A stretch of DNA of 64,000 bases from Candidatus Latescibacterota bacterium (GCA_965205485.1 OZ242180.1:672001-736000), one strand, 5' to 3'. Positions 1 through 10,033 are shown, counted from the stretch's first letter. Notes: generated by a model not told the origin, from the sequence alone. Made by a program: numbers and translations.

Positions 1-1560
1 AAGGGACTCGATGAGATACGCCCAATCCGAAGCGAGACGATCGGTAAGCTTGGCCTCGTCATCATCGTATCCGATGTATTCCCAACCGAGGCCCGGACTG
101 CCGAGGTGCGCCCAAAGGCTCGTTACCGGATCGAGAAGGGCCAGATTGGCTCTTCGGCGTCCCTGGCTGAGGGCGTACGAGAGACGGCCGGCGTAGTCCG
201 CGAGCAGCCGGAAATGTTTCCAGTAGGGGTTCTGGTGAAAAATCGACGGCGGACTGTGGTGCTTGCGCAGTCCGTCGAGGGTGTAGGACAATCCCCGTGC
301 ATGAAACAGGTTGGCGCCGAGGGCGCCCATCCGGTCAATCGTCCACTTCATATCCTGGAGCGTCAGCGACCACCCGGTATCCTTGAAACACGTGTTGAAC
401 GCGCGGCCACCGTCGTGGACGGATACGGAGAACCTCGGGTTTCGACGGTAAGCGGCGGCGTGCGCGTCCCGGTCTCTGAATCCGCCGATCTTTTCCCCGC
501 CTCCGCAGGTACCGGGAATGTGGACGTGTCTCCTGTGGGCGTTTCTGAAGACCGTCACGTCGGACGCATGCAGCACATTGTGTTTCGCGCACCACGTCTC
601 GAATGCCTTATGGAAATTGTCTCTGAGCATCTCACTCAGCGTCTGGAAGTAGTCGTACCGGATCCGGGCCGTATTCGGACCGAAATAGGTCATCAGCGCG
701 GGCAGACAGTTGAGGAGGTCATACTGGTTGCGCTCCCGGAATACCCGGGGCAATGTCGGAGACCAGGGCCATCTGCCCGGTATGGAAAACGCCTCGGTGG
801 TCAGAATGCCCTGGATCACGCCGCCAAAGCTGTCCGACAGCCCGCCGGCGTACCGTCCGTGGGTGGTCTCGAGATAACAGGCCACGGCTTCGGCGTTGAA
901 TGGATCGAAGTGGATACCATGGGGTTCTTCAGCATCGCTTTCCCTCTGGATGAAGACAAGCACCCTCCAGCGTCCCGGCGGCGCCTTCCAGAACAGGCGA
1001 TGCGTGAGATGGCGGGCGAGAAATCTCTTGTTGTGGTATCGCCCGTCGGCAGCGTGTTCCCGGTAGATCTCCTGTCGCTGGTTCGCACCGATGTACTCTC
1101 CGATGTCCTCAACACTCTCCCACAGGCACCGGTCGCGTTTGAGCGGCACTGCCAGGGCGCGCAAAACGGTGCCCCACGGCAGTTCCATGTCGACCTGCTG
1201 GCCTCCCTGAACCGTGATCTCATCGAAGGTAAGGTGCTGACCGCGATAATGGGGATGGCCCAACGATACCTGGCCGCCGCTGATCGCGTGCGGGTGGGGA
1301 AACTCATCGTGCAGCCAGACCTGAAGTCCGCACTCCCTGGCGGTTTCGACCGCCAGCCGGACCCGATCGAACCAGACCCTGGAAAGGTACGGTATTCGAA
1401 GCCCCGGCCCCGGAGAAAGACAGAAACCCCCCAGGCCCTTTTCGCTCATCTCCCGGATCTGGCGCACGATCTCACCCTCCTCGATCGTGCTGTTCCACGC
1501 CCAGGAAGGCAGGACCCGATATGGCGCCGGAGGATTCAGGAATGTGCTGGTGTCCATCAT
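1..1560 (-). CDS. Glycoside hydrolase, GH106 (alpha-L-rhamnosidase-like) family; partial, runs off the left edge
   Basis: Not in the ORF track because no stop is reached in the window. Manual translation from ATG 1560 gives MMDTSTFLNPPAPYRVLPSWAWNSTIEEGEIVRQIREMSEKGLGGF...YLSRVWFDRVRLAVETARECGLQVWLHDEFPHP, the typical GH106 N-terminus (F.NPP..RP..W.WN...G.GGF...YLS..W...W..DE). The + ORF 106..1596 is its antisense shadow. Confidence 0.8.
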   Translation of the reverse strand, partial: MMDTSTFLNPPAPYRVLPSWAWNSTIEEGEIVRQIREMSEKGLGGFCLSPGPGLRIPYLSRVWFDRVRLAVETARECGLQVWLHDEFPHPHAISGGQVSLGHPHYRGQHLTFDEITVQGGQQVDMELPWGTVLRALAVPLKRDRCLWESVEDIGEYIGANQRQEIYREHAADGRYHNKRFLARHLTHRLFWKAPPGRWRVLVFIQRESDAEEPHGIHFDPFNAEAVACYLETTHGRYAGGLSDSFGGVIQGILTTEAFSIPGRWPWSPTLPRVFRERNQYDLLNCLPALMTYFGPNTARIRYDYFQTLSEMLRDNFHKAFETWCAKHNVLHASDVTVFRNAHRRHVHIPGTCGGGEKIGGFRDRDAHAAAYRRNPRFSVSVHDGGRAFNTCFKDTGWSLTLQDMKWTIDRMGALGANLFHARGLSYTLDGLRKHHSPPSIFHQNPYWKHFRLLADYAGRLSYALSQGRRRANLALLDPVTSLWAHLGSPGLGWEYIGYDDDEAKLTDRLASDWAYLIESL

Positions 1561-1592
1561 GCGGCTGTCCGGTTGAGGAAGCGCCCGTCGGC

Positions 1593-1838
1593 TTAAGAAG
1601 CTGTCGCACAGGTTTCACACAGATACGTTACCGTCCGATAGCGTTCCGCGAGGCGGGTGAGCTTGATCCGTCCTTCATTCTCTCCGCAGCGCTCGCAGGG
1701 ACGCTCCAGGCCGGTATTCGACCGGTCCGCAGCCAACGCTTCGCAGACTTCGCAACGATATGTGACCTGTTTCTCGCCATTCAGAACCCGGGTGGAGACC
1801 CGTGTGGCGGTACGCGTTTTACACGTTTCACAGAGCAC
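1593..1838 (-). CDS. Small protein with two McsA-like Zn-ribbon units (4 x CxxC)
   Basis: MLCETCK..AT...TRVLNGEK....CEVC and PCERC.....IKLTR......YLCETCA both resemble the N-terminal Zn-binding domain of McsA; no UVR domain; GTG start. Confidence 0.7.
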   Translation of the reverse strand: MLCETCKTRTATRVSTRVLNGEKQVTYRCEVCEALAADRSNTGLERPCERCGENEGRIKLTRLAERYRTVTYLCETCATAS

Positions 1839-1905
1839 CTGTCAAGGCTTCTCCGGAAGCTGACGCTGCGCGAAATTCGACTCTGTCGATATTTCAAAGA
1901 AATGT

Positions 1906-1933
1906 AATGTACAATTTAACGCAAAAAAGTCAA
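1906..1933 (-). promoter_or_regulatory. Putative sigma70 promoter for the Zn-ribbon/GH106 genes
   Basis: Minus strand TTGACT-N16-TACATT in an AT-rich intergenic patch. Confidence 0.4.
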
Positions 1934-2187
1934 GTCAAAGCGTAATTCAACAAATTTTATTATTTGTTTTTACGCTATTTATGAATAATCGGATTTCGTT
2001 CTCACGGATCTGCGCACGCACGCCCGGCGCCGGTGCGTTCTTCATGTCCCCGGACATTTGAATTCCCTTGACTGTTGCGATTAAGTGTTTGTTTTTTAAC
2101 GTGGAGCAACCGCATCGAACCGCATTTGCAGTCGCAGGTCGGAAGTTGTGGTCTCACGACCTTTTTTTTATTATACTTGACGTCCAA

Positions 2188-2784
2188 ATGAAAAAACGCA
2201 TCTGCGCGCTGGTGCCGGCTGCCGGATTGTCGACGCGTATGGGGTCTCCCAAACAGCTGCTGCCGTTTGGCGAAAAGACAGTACTTCAGACCGTGGTGGA
2301 TACGCTGCTGGAAGCCGATCTGGATGGCATCCTGGTCGTGCTCGGTCACCGGGCGGATGCCGTGCGGGAAAGCCTGGCCGGTCGCCCGGTATCGTTTCAT
2401 CTGAATCCCGATTATCGCAAGGGCATGTTTTCGAGTATCCTGTGCGGGCTTTCCGTCCTGGAGAAATCGACGGACGCCGCTCTGATCGCCCTGGGGGATC
2501 AGCCGAACGTCCGTGCGAGCGTGGTCAGGAAGGTGGCAGCGGCGTATCGGAACGGCAACAAGGGGATCGTCGTTCCGGTTTACCGTGGAAGACGAGGGCA
2601 TCCGGCCCTGGTGGATCTGGGTCGTTATTTTTGCGAGATCCGGTCTCTGGCCGGCGAGGAGGGGCTGAAACCCGTCATGCGGGGGCACCCGGGTGACACG
2701 CGGGAGGTGGAGGTGGAGGACGGCGGCGTCCTGAGGGATATCGATACGCCGGAGGAATACCGGGCGGAACTGGATCGACTCTGA
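2188..2784 (+). CDS. MobA/MocA-like nucleotidyltransferase (molybdenum cofactor cytidylyltransferase family)
   Basis: ALVPAAGLSTRMGSPKQLL, GMFSSI, LGDQP, GHP and DIDTPEEY motifs; ATG 2188 preferred over the track start 2068. Confidence 0.85.
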   Translation: MKKRICALVPAAGLSTRMGSPKQLLPFGEKTVLQTVVDTLLEADLDGILVVLGHRADAVRESLAGRPVSFHLNPDYRKGMFSSILCGLSVLEKSTDAALIALGDQPNVRASVVRKVAAAYRNGNKGIVVPVYRGRRGHPALVDLGRYFCEIRSLAGEEGLKPVMRGHPGDTREVEVEDGGVLRDIDTPEEYRAELDRL

Positions 2785-2817
2785 CCGACGACGCATTCAA
2801 CGCCGTCCGGAACCGGT

Positions 2818-3645
2818 CTACGCGGGAGAAAGCTGCGCCCCGCCGTCTACACGCAGGATCTGGCCGCTCACGAAGCTTGCCAGCGGCGAAACGAAGAACT
2901 GCACGGCACGCGCGATCTCATCCGGATAAGCGTAACGGATCAGCGTGGGCCGGTTCATTGCGTCCAAAAATTCCGGGTCCGCCTGACCCGTGGCAAGAAA
3001 ACGGCCGCTTGGGGAGTCGCCCGGCGCAACCATGTTCACGGTGATGTTGTGCTGGCGGAGTTGGGCTGCCAGGCAACGGGTATAGTGGGTCTGCGCCGCC
3101 TTGGCCGTGGCGTAAACGGGGCCTCCTCCGGGCTCGCCGGTAAAGCTGTCCACCGAACCGATGTTGACAATTCTGCCTCCCCCGCGTTGAATCATGCCCG
3201 GAACGACCGCGCGGCAGCAGTGCAGGGTCGTGTCGAAGTTTCTCTTGAACACGGCCTCGATATCTTCCAGCGGGATACCGATCGTATCGTTAGGATTCGG
3301 TTTGCCGCCCGCCGCGGCGATGTCACCTCCGGCGTTGTTGACCAGAATGTCGATCGGACCGAGTTCGGATTCAATGCGTTCAACGGTTGCCTTAACCTGC
3401 AGGGGATCCGATACGTCGGCGAATACGGTGATCACCGCGTTGCCCGTTTTCGCGATTTCCCGCGCCGCGTGAGTCGTGGAGGGGGCTTCGCCGAACTCGG
3501 CCGCGGTCCGGTCGGATCTTGCGTGAACGACCATCGAGGCGCCGCAATGGGAAAGACGTTCAGCAATTGCCCGGCCAAGGCCCCGCGCGGACGCCGTGAC
3601 CCAGGCGACTTTGCCGGCCAGTAGTTCAGGATTTACGTATTCCAT
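2818..3645 (-). CDS. SDR family NAD(P)-dependent oxidoreductase
   Basis: TASARGLG, LVNNAG, YATAK catalytic motif, VDGG end; GGAGG SD before ATG 3645. Confidence 0.9.
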   Translation of the reverse strand: MEYVNPELLAGKVAWVTASARGLGRAIAERLSHCGASMVVHARSDRTAAEFGEAPSTTHAAREIAKTGNAVITVFADVSDPLQVKATVERIESELGPIDILVNNAGGDIAAAGGKPNPNDTIGIPLEDIEAVFKRNFDTTLHCCRAVVPGMIQRGGGRIVNIGSVDSFTGEPGGGPVYATAKAAQTHYTRCLAAQLRQHNITVNMVAPGDSPSGRFLATGQADPEFLDAMNRPTLIRYAYPDEIARAVQFFVSPLASFVSGQILRVDGGAQLSPA

Positions 3646-3874
3646 ACAGTTGTGACCTCCGTATGTGACAGCGAGTCTCGCAACTCGGATCAATGGCGTC
3701 ATGTCCCGATCAGATGCTCCGGCGCGACAGGCGGCCGATCGTCCGGAAAAGATACACCGCCCGCGTGTTTCGGACAAGCCTGGGTGAACCGGTGGCGACG
3801 CATCGCATTCGGGCCGGCGGCGGCGCCAGGGGAACCTCATAACAGTTTGGCATAAGCTCCTGGAGGATTCGTCT

Positions 3875-4918
3875 ATGGGCCATCGGAATATCGGTTTTGC
3901 AATGATCGGATGCGGCGTGGTCGCGGACTATCACATCGGCGCCGTGCAGGATACCGACGGGGCGGAACTGGTCGCCGTATACAGTCGAAGCGAATCACGC
4001 GCCAGGAGTACTGGAGAAGCGCACGGCGTGCCCTGGTTTACCGATCACGAAGCCATTCTCCGCCAGCCGGAAGTGGATGTGGTCTGTGTCTGCACGCCCA
4101 GCGGCGTCCGCATTCCAATCGTGACGGACGCGGCTGATGCGGGAAAGCATCTGATCGTGGAAAAGCCTCTGGATGTATCCATAGAGAATATGGATAGGAT
4201 CATCCGAGCCGCGGCCGTCGCGGACGTGAAGCTCATGGGGGTATTCCAGTTGCGGTATGGTCAGGCGGTCAACAGGGTGCGTGACGCCGTGCAGACCGGC
4301 GCTCTCGGCAAAATGGTGCTGGCTGACGCCTATATAAAATGGTTCAGGCCACAGGCTTACTACGATGCGGACGACTGGCGGGGCAATTGGGCGATGGAGG
4401 GCGGCGGGGCGCTGATGACGCAGGGCAGCCACACCGTGGATCTGCTCCAGTGGATTATGGGACCCGTTAAACGCGTCTATGCCAGAATGGGTACATTGAT
4501 CCACGACATCGAAGTGGAAGATACGGTGGTTGCCACGCTGGAATACGAAAACGGAGCGCTGGGTGTGATTGAGGCGTCTTCCGCGGCGTACCCCGGATTG
4601 CCGGCACGGATGGAGTTTTCCGGAGACCGGGGTACGGTTGTTGTGGAAGCGGACCAGATAGCCAAATGGGACGTCGAGGGCGAGAGCGTGGAGGAGTCGG
4701 CGGCGGACACGACGGACGTGGCCAGGGCGGCATCGGATTCGAAGACCTTCGGAACGGAGGGACACAAGGCGCAGATCGCGGAGATGGTTCGTATTCTGAA
4801 TGAAGGCGGTGAACCGGAAATCGACGGGCCGGAGTCGAAACGGGCGATCGAAATCATCCTGGCGATATACGAGTCCGCCAGGTCGGGCAATCCCGTGACG
4901 CTGCCTTTCCGCGGGTGA
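3875..4918 (+). CDS. Gfo/Idh/MocA family oxidoreductase
   Basis: IGCGVVA, VEKPL, GGGALMTQGSH, EVEDT motifs; GGAGG SD. Confidence 0.92.
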   Translation: MGHRNIGFAMIGCGVVADYHIGAVQDTDGAELVAVYSRSESRARSTGEAHGVPWFTDHEAILRQPEVDVVCVCTPSGVRIPIVTDAADAGKHLIVEKPLDVSIENMDRIIRAAAVADVKLMGVFQLRYGQAVNRVRDAVQTGALGKMVLADAYIKWFRPQAYYDADDWRGNWAMEGGGALMTQGSHTVDLLQWIMGPVKRVYARMGTLIHDIEVEDTVVATLEYENGALGVIEASSAAYPGLPARMEFSGDRGTVVVEADQIAKWDVEGESVEESAADTTDVARAASDSKTFGTEGHKAQIAEMVRILNEGGEPEIDGPESKRAIEIILAIYESARSGNPVTLPFRG

Positions 4919-4922
4919 ACGA

Positions 4923-5084
4923 GCAGTCCGTTGATAAAGTCGCTCTGCAGGCGAGGCCGAGCCATTGTGGGCGAAGACTAGGCGCGCGACCGAGTCCCAT
5001 CCCTCGATTCGGCGAGGGAGCGCAACGCAGTATTTCGACCGCAAGGGCCGGCCGCAGACCGGATGGGCTTTTTCAACGGGCTGC
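4923..5084. mobile_element. MITE-like element (~162 bp)
   Basis: Terminal inverted repeats gcagtccgttgataaagt / gctttttcaacgggctgc (15 of 18 match); intergenic; internal aggcg...aacgcag motif shared with the element at 37204. Confidence 0.6.
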
Positions 5085-5114
5085 CAGGATTTTTCAATCT
5101 ACCGGGAGCGTTTT

Positions 5115-6104
5115 ATGGAGCCGATCAAGATTGTGGTGACCGACTATATCGAACCCGACCTGAAATGGGAAGTGGAGGAGCTCCGGAAATACGGGCACGT
5201 CACCTTCGAATATCATCAGCTTAAATTCCTGCCGGAGTCCGAACTGATCGAAAAGATCGTCGACGCGGATATGATTCTGGTGAATATGGTGAAGATGACC
5301 GAGGGCGTGATCAATCAGCTGGAAAGGTGCAAGCTGATCCTGAGGCACGGCGTCGGCTACGACAACGTGGACGTGGGCGCTGCCACGAAGAAGGGAATCC
5401 GCGTCGCCTACGAGCCGGACTATTGTTCGGACGAGGTGGCTGAACACGCCATTACGCTGATGTTGTCCGGTTGGCGCAAGCTGAACGTGGGACGCAGGAT
5501 TCTGGAGGCTTCGAGTCGGAACGGAATCTGGGATTTCACCGAGGTCTATCCGGTCTATTCCGTCAAGGGCAAGACTGTGGGTATTATCGGATGCGGCCGG
5601 ATCGGCAGCCTGACGCTTCGGAAACTGGCCGGGTTCGAGGTGAATATCCTGGTCTGCGATCCGTATCTGTCCGAAGAACGCCAGAAGGAACTGGGTGTGC
5701 GGGTGGTGGAACTCGAAACGGTACTCAATGAAGCCGATATGATTACGGTTCACGCGTCGCTCGACGATGATTCGTATCATCTTATCGGCGAGAGCGAGCT
5801 CCGGGCGATGAAATCCCACGCCTATCTGGTGAATACAGCCAGGGGCGGTCTGGTGGACGCGGATGCGCTTGCCCGGGCCCTCAGAGAGGGCTGGATCGCC
5901 GGGGCGGCCGTCGACGTATACGAGCAGGAGCCGCCCGATCCTGAAATGGACCTGTTCAATCTCGAGAATGCGCTCCTGGCGCCGCACCTCGCGTGGTATT
6001 CGGAAGAGGCGAACTGGAGCATGCGAGAAAAGGTGATGGAGGACTTTGTGCGATTCATAGAAGGGCGTCCGCCACGGTTCCTGATCAACAAGGAACTCGA
6101 ATAG
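5115..6104 (+). CDS. D-isomer-specific 2-hydroxyacid dehydrogenase (SerA/CtBP-like)
   Basis: RHGVGYDNVD, GIIGCGRIG, LVNTARGG, DVYEQEP, PHLAW motifs; ATG 5115. Confidence 0.9.
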   Translation: MEPIKIVVTDYIEPDLKWEVEELRKYGHVTFEYHQLKFLPESELIEKIVDADMILVNMVKMTEGVINQLERCKLILRHGVGYDNVDVGAATKKGIRVAYEPDYCSDEVAEHAITLMLSGWRKLNVGRRILEASSRNGIWDFTEVYPVYSVKGKTVGIIGCGRIGSLTLRKLAGFEVNILVCDPYLSEERQKELGVRVVELETVLNEADMITVHASLDDDSYHLIGESELRAMKSHAYLVNTARGGLVDADALARALREGWIAGAAVDVYEQEPPDPEMDLFNLENALLAPHLAWYSEEANWSMREKVMEDFVRFIEGRPPRFLINKELE

Positions 6105-6138
6105 GCGGATGCCGAATTAATCTGTCGGGAGATCCGAA

Positions 6139-7476
6139 ATGGCGCTGGTGGCGAACGCGATGAAATTGGATAAGCGAGAGATTCCGGGACCCCGCTCCGC
6201 CGAACTGCTCGAGGTCTCCAGGGAATACGAGCCGCCCTGTATGGCCGACCAGGTCCCTGTGGTGTGGGACCGCGGCGAGGGCGTCTGGGTGTGGGACGTG
6301 GACGGCAACCGGTTTCTGGACTTTACTTCCGGCGTCCTGGTGACCAATCTTGGCCATTCGCACCCGCGCCACGTGGAGCGGATCCGGGAACAGGCCGGGC
6401 GGCTGATGAACTGTTATTCGTTCCCCACCCCGGAGCGGGTGACCCTGTCAAAACGCCTGACCGATCTGCTTCCCGGCAATATCGACCAGACGTTTCTGCT
6501 GACAACCGGCGCCGAGGCCACTGAAGCGGCCATCCGCATTGCCAAACGGTTCACGGGCAAGCACGAAGTGCTGTCGTTTTACGGGGGATTTCACGGACGC
6601 ACGTACGGGCCGATGAGCGTTGCCGGCAATATGAACACAAAGCGCGCGTTCGGGCCCCAGTTGCCGGGTGGAATACTGGCGCCGTTTCCCTATGTCTATC
6701 GGGACTTTTACAGCAGCGATTCCGAAGAAGAATGCGCGCGGCGCTGCCTCGAAAACCTGGACAGGATCATCGATTCCACGTCCACGGGCGACGTGGGCGC
6801 CGTAATCACCGAACCCTACCAGGGAGGCGCGGGTTTCATCTTTCCGCCTGCCGGCTGGCTGAAGGGGCTCGAAGCGTGGGCTCGGGAGCGCGGGATGGTC
6901 TTCATTCTGGACGAAGTGCAGTCGTCGTTCGGACGAACCGGAAAGCTGTTCGCGCTGGAGTGGGAGGGCCTGCGGCCGAATATGGTCTGTCTGGGCAAGG
7001 GTATCGGCAGCGGCATGCCGGCATCGGCGCTTGCCGGCGAGAGTCGGATTTTCGAATGCATGGGAACCGGCGAGATGTCCAGCACCTGCGGCGGGAATCC
7101 ACTGGCCAGCGCCGCGTCCCATGCTGTTCTGGACGTCATGGAAGACGAGAGACTGCCGGAAAACGCCCGACGTGTTGGCGATTACATGATGGCTCGGTTT
7201 CAGGCGCTGAAAGCGAAACACCAGGTGCTGGGCGACGTGCGCGGGCAGGGCCTTGTGATCGGTCTGGAGTTTGTACTGGACCCCGAGGACAAGACACCCG
7301 CGCCGGAACTGACGTCGAATCTGCTTCTGAGGGCGGGAGAGTACGGCCTTCTGCTCGGCAAGGTCGGACTGTACGGAAACGTCGTAAGGATCGCGCCCCC
7401 TCTGGTTATTAACGAAGAGGAGGCGGGATTGGGCATCGACATACTGGACCGGGCCCTGGAAGAACTCGCCGGATGA
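6139..7476 (+). CDS. Class III PLP-dependent aminotransferase (GabT-like)
   Basis: DVDGNRFLDF, TGAEATE, FHGRT, DEVQSSFGRTG, GKGIGSG, RIAPPL. Confidence 0.92.
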   Translation: MALVANAMKLDKREIPGPRSAELLEVSREYEPPCMADQVPVVWDRGEGVWVWDVDGNRFLDFTSGVLVTNLGHSHPRHVERIREQAGRLMNCYSFPTPERVTLSKRLTDLLPGNIDQTFLLTTGAEATEAAIRIAKRFTGKHEVLSFYGGFHGRTYGPMSVAGNMNTKRAFGPQLPGGILAPFPYVYRDFYSSDSEEECARRCLENLDRIIDSTSTGDVGAVITEPYQGGAGFIFPPAGWLKGLEAWARERGMVFILDEVQSSFGRTGKLFALEWEGLRPNMVCLGKGIGSGMPASALAGESRIFECMGTGEMSSTCGGNPLASAASHAVLDVMEDERLPENARRVGDYMMARFQALKAKHQVLGDVRGQGLVIGLEFVLDPEDKTPAPELTSNLLLRAGEYGLLLGKVGLYGNVVRIAPPLVINEEEAGLGIDILDRALEELAG

Positions 7477-7579
7477 CACGGCAGGTGGTTTTCGGATACC
7501 CGGAAGGTCGGTCGTACCGTACCCATAACAAAGGATCCGGAATTCGGGTGCAAACTCGCCGGATCCCGGGAGTGCGCTC

Positions 7580-8815
7580 TTGGACAACCGGTTATTGAAG
7601 TCCGCGATCGAGTCTCACAAGGAAGATGCGGTAGCGCTGCTATGCGATCTGATCCGCATCCCGTCCGTGCGCGGAAATGAAGCACAGGCGATGCGCGTGT
7701 TGCACGCCCGGATGCAGGAGGTCGTCGACGAACGTGAGCTTGTGCCCATTGCGGACACGATTCAGGAGGACCCGGACTATTCGTTCAGGCTGCCGGACCT
7801 CAGCTATGCCGATCGGCCGAATCTGAGGGTGGTAAAAAGGGGAACCGGCGGCGGACGGTCGTTGATCGTGAACACCCACCTGGACGTCGTTCCCGCCTCG
7901 TCGGACCAGGACCGTCCGTTCGAGGGGCGCGTGGAGGACGGGGTCGTCTTCGGTCGCGGCGCGTGTGATTGCAAGGGACAGGCGGCCATGTTGTACCTGG
8001 CGCTCGCCGCCCTGAGAGAGATGGGCGTGGCGCTTAAGGGAGACCTGATCGGGCACCTGGTGATCGAGGAGGAATGCGGCGGCAACGGAACGCTCGCGTT
8101 CGTGCGTGGAGATGACCGGGCCGATGCTGCGCTGGTCCTGGAGCCCTCCGAAATGAAGATCCTGCCGTCGATACGCGGTGCGGTTTGGTTCACGGTGAAT
8201 GTCTACGGTCGGGCGGGCCACAGCGGACAGGCGGGGCGCACGGTGAGCGCGCTGAAGGAGGCCATGCGCGCAATCGAGATTCTGGAGGGATATCACGGTA
8301 GACTGTTGGCTGAATCCAAAGGACATCCGCTTTACGATGCGTATGAAAACCCGATGCCCATCACGTTCGGTACTCTGGAGGCCGGTGACTGGCCGGCGAT
8401 GGCGCCGAGAAAGGCGACATTCAAGGGCGTTCTCGGATTCCTGCCGAACAGGAACAAGGAAGAAGTGATGCTGGAGATGGAGGGAGCGCTGAAGGACGAG
8501 GGTGGAGACTGGCTCCCCGACCATTTCGATATGGAGTTCATGTACCGTCACGACTGCAACGAGGTACCCGCGGAGGATCCCATCGTGAGGACGCTGCAAC
8601 GGGCCTGTCTTGCAAGCGGACAGGCCGCCGAGGTGGCGGCGATGCCCGCGTCGTGCGATGCGTGGTTCTATTCGAACCTGATCGGCGTCCCCGCGGTCGT
8701 GATCGGCGCGGGAACGCTCGGCGTTGCACACTCAAGCCAGGAACAGATCCCCGTACATAGCCTCGCAGAGGGTGCGGAAGTCCTCGCACGCGCTATCGTG
8801 GACTGGTGCGGATGA
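7580..8815 (+). CDS. M20 family ArgE/DapE-like deacylase
   Basis: NTHLDVV, GRGACDCKG, EEECGG, AHS..E motifs; TTG start. Confidence 0.9.
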   Translation: MDNRLLKSAIESHKEDAVALLCDLIRIPSVRGNEAQAMRVLHARMQEVVDERELVPIADTIQEDPDYSFRLPDLSYADRPNLRVVKRGTGGGRSLIVNTHLDVVPASSDQDRPFEGRVEDGVVFGRGACDCKGQAAMLYLALAALREMGVALKGDLIGHLVIEEECGGNGTLAFVRGDDRADAALVLEPSEMKILPSIRGAVWFTVNVYGRAGHSGQAGRTVSALKEAMRAIEILEGYHGRLLAESKGHPLYDAYENPMPITFGTLEAGDWPAMAPRKATFKGVLGFLPNRNKEEVMLEMEGALKDEGGDWLPDHFDMEFMYRHDCNEVPAEDPIVRTLQRACLASGQAAEVAAMPASCDAWFYSNLIGVPAVVIGAGTLGVAHSSQEQIPVHSLAEGAEVLARAIVDWCG

Positions 8816-8878
8816 ATGTACACCGCCGGAGACCGCGGCCGGGAAGGCGCGGCCGGCCCAAACGGAGAATGCGATTCG

Positions 8879-9952
8879 ATGGAGCGGCTCGGGGTTGGGA
8901 TAATCGGATTTCATCACCTTCATTCCCTGGATTATCTGCCGCATTTCGATGCCATCGCACGGACAGAGGTGCGGGCCGTCGCGGAATCGGATCCCGTCTG
9001 TCTGGAGCGGGTGTGCGGGCAGACCGGGATCGATGGATACGTGGATTACAACACACTTCTTTCGCGGGAGGATATCGGCCTGGTGGTGATCCTGCTGCCG
9101 CACGCGGAATGCCCTGACGCGGTGGAACGGGCGGCGTCGGCGGGCAAGCATGTGATTGTAGAGAAGCCGATGGCGGACACGTCCGAGGGTATCCGGCGCA
9201 TGATCGCGGCGACTGAAGGTGCGGGCGTGACGCTGTCATCGCCCTACTGCTGGCGCGCGCATCCGGCATCCAGAAAGATCAAGGAGCTTGTTGATCGCGG
9301 CATTTTGGGGCAGATTGTCGCGCTCGAGGGCCGGTGCGCGGCGGGTTCGCCCCTGCGCTACCTGGAAAACGGGATTTCACCCTGGCTGAACAAGAAGGCG
9401 GTTGCGGGCGGCGGACCGATGCACAATCTGGGTACGCACTGGATCGATCTGTTCCGGTGGTTCCTCAAGGACGAGGTCCGGCAGGCGACAGGCATGGTGA
9501 GCCACCTGCAACACCGGCTGGATATTGAAGACAACAGCTTCGGTATCGTAAGATTCAGAAGCGGCGCCACAGCCACGCTGGATATCAGTTATTCCGTACC
9601 GAAAGCCTATCCCGCCGGCAGGGATCTCTTCATTGGCCTTCGAGGCAGCCTGGGCACGGTGTCGTGGAGCCCGGCGTGGGGGGGAACCGCCGACGAAGTC
9701 TTTGTGGTCAGCGATCATCCCGACTTCACAGACGGACCCCGGACGACGTTGAAGATCGCTTCTGAAGCGGCAGACGGTTACGGCGGTGTTTCCGGCCGGG
9801 TGTATCTGAGCGAGACGGTCGACGCCATACTGAACGGGAAGCCTTCCTGTATTTCTGGAGTGGACGGGCTGAGGGCCGTGGAAGTCGTGGAAGCGATTTA
9901 TGCCGCCGCGGAAACGGGCAGGGTCGTGACGGTGGAGAACTGCAGCGCCTGA
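8879..9952 (+). CDS. Gfo/Idh/MocA family oxidoreductase
   Basis: GVGIIG, VEKPMA, GGGPMHNLGTHWID, IEDN; start may be 8816 or 8879. Confidence 0.88.
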   Translation: MERLGVGIIGFHHLHSLDYLPHFDAIARTEVRAVAESDPVCLERVCGQTGIDGYVDYNTLLSREDIGLVVILLPHAECPDAVERAASAGKHVIVEKPMADTSEGIRRMIAATEGAGVTLSSPYCWRAHPASRKIKELVDRGILGQIVALEGRCAAGSPLRYLENGISPWLNKKAVAGGGPMHNLGTHWIDLFRWFLKDEVRQATGMVSHLQHRLDIEDNSFGIVRFRSGATATLDISYSVPKAYPAGRDLFIGLRGSLGTVSWSPAWGGTADEVFVVSDHPDFTDGPRTTLKIASEAADGYGGVSGRVYLSETVDAILNGKPSCISGVDGLRAVEVVEAIYAAAETGRVVTVENCSA

Positions 9953-9972
9953 ATATGCCGGACGTCAACAAG

Positions 9973-10015
9973 AAAAGGAACAGCCGCACGTGAAACCGGC
10001 TGTTCCTTTTTGTTT
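9973..10015. terminator. Bidirectional intrinsic terminator
   Basis: aaaaggaacagccg / cggctgttcctttt stem with A and T tails, between convergent genes. Confidence 0.8.
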
Positions 10016-10033
10016 TGCCAGCCAGGAAGCTGT

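Noticed and set aside
106..1596. 496-aa + strand ORF
   Set aside because: Antisense shadow of the GH106-like gene on the minus strand; no recognisable motifs.
1926..1940. aagtcaagtcaaag as a CtsR box upstream of the McsA-like gene
   Set aside because: Spacing does not fit the RGTCAAA-NAN-RGTCAAA direct repeat; better explained as -35 elements on the minus strand.
8807..8818. M20 gene ends TGC-GGA-TGA directly followed by an in-frame ATG (possible Sec read-through fusion)
   Set aside because: DWCG-type endings are a normal C-terminus for this M20 subfamily, both proteins are complete, and I see no convincing SECIS hairpin.
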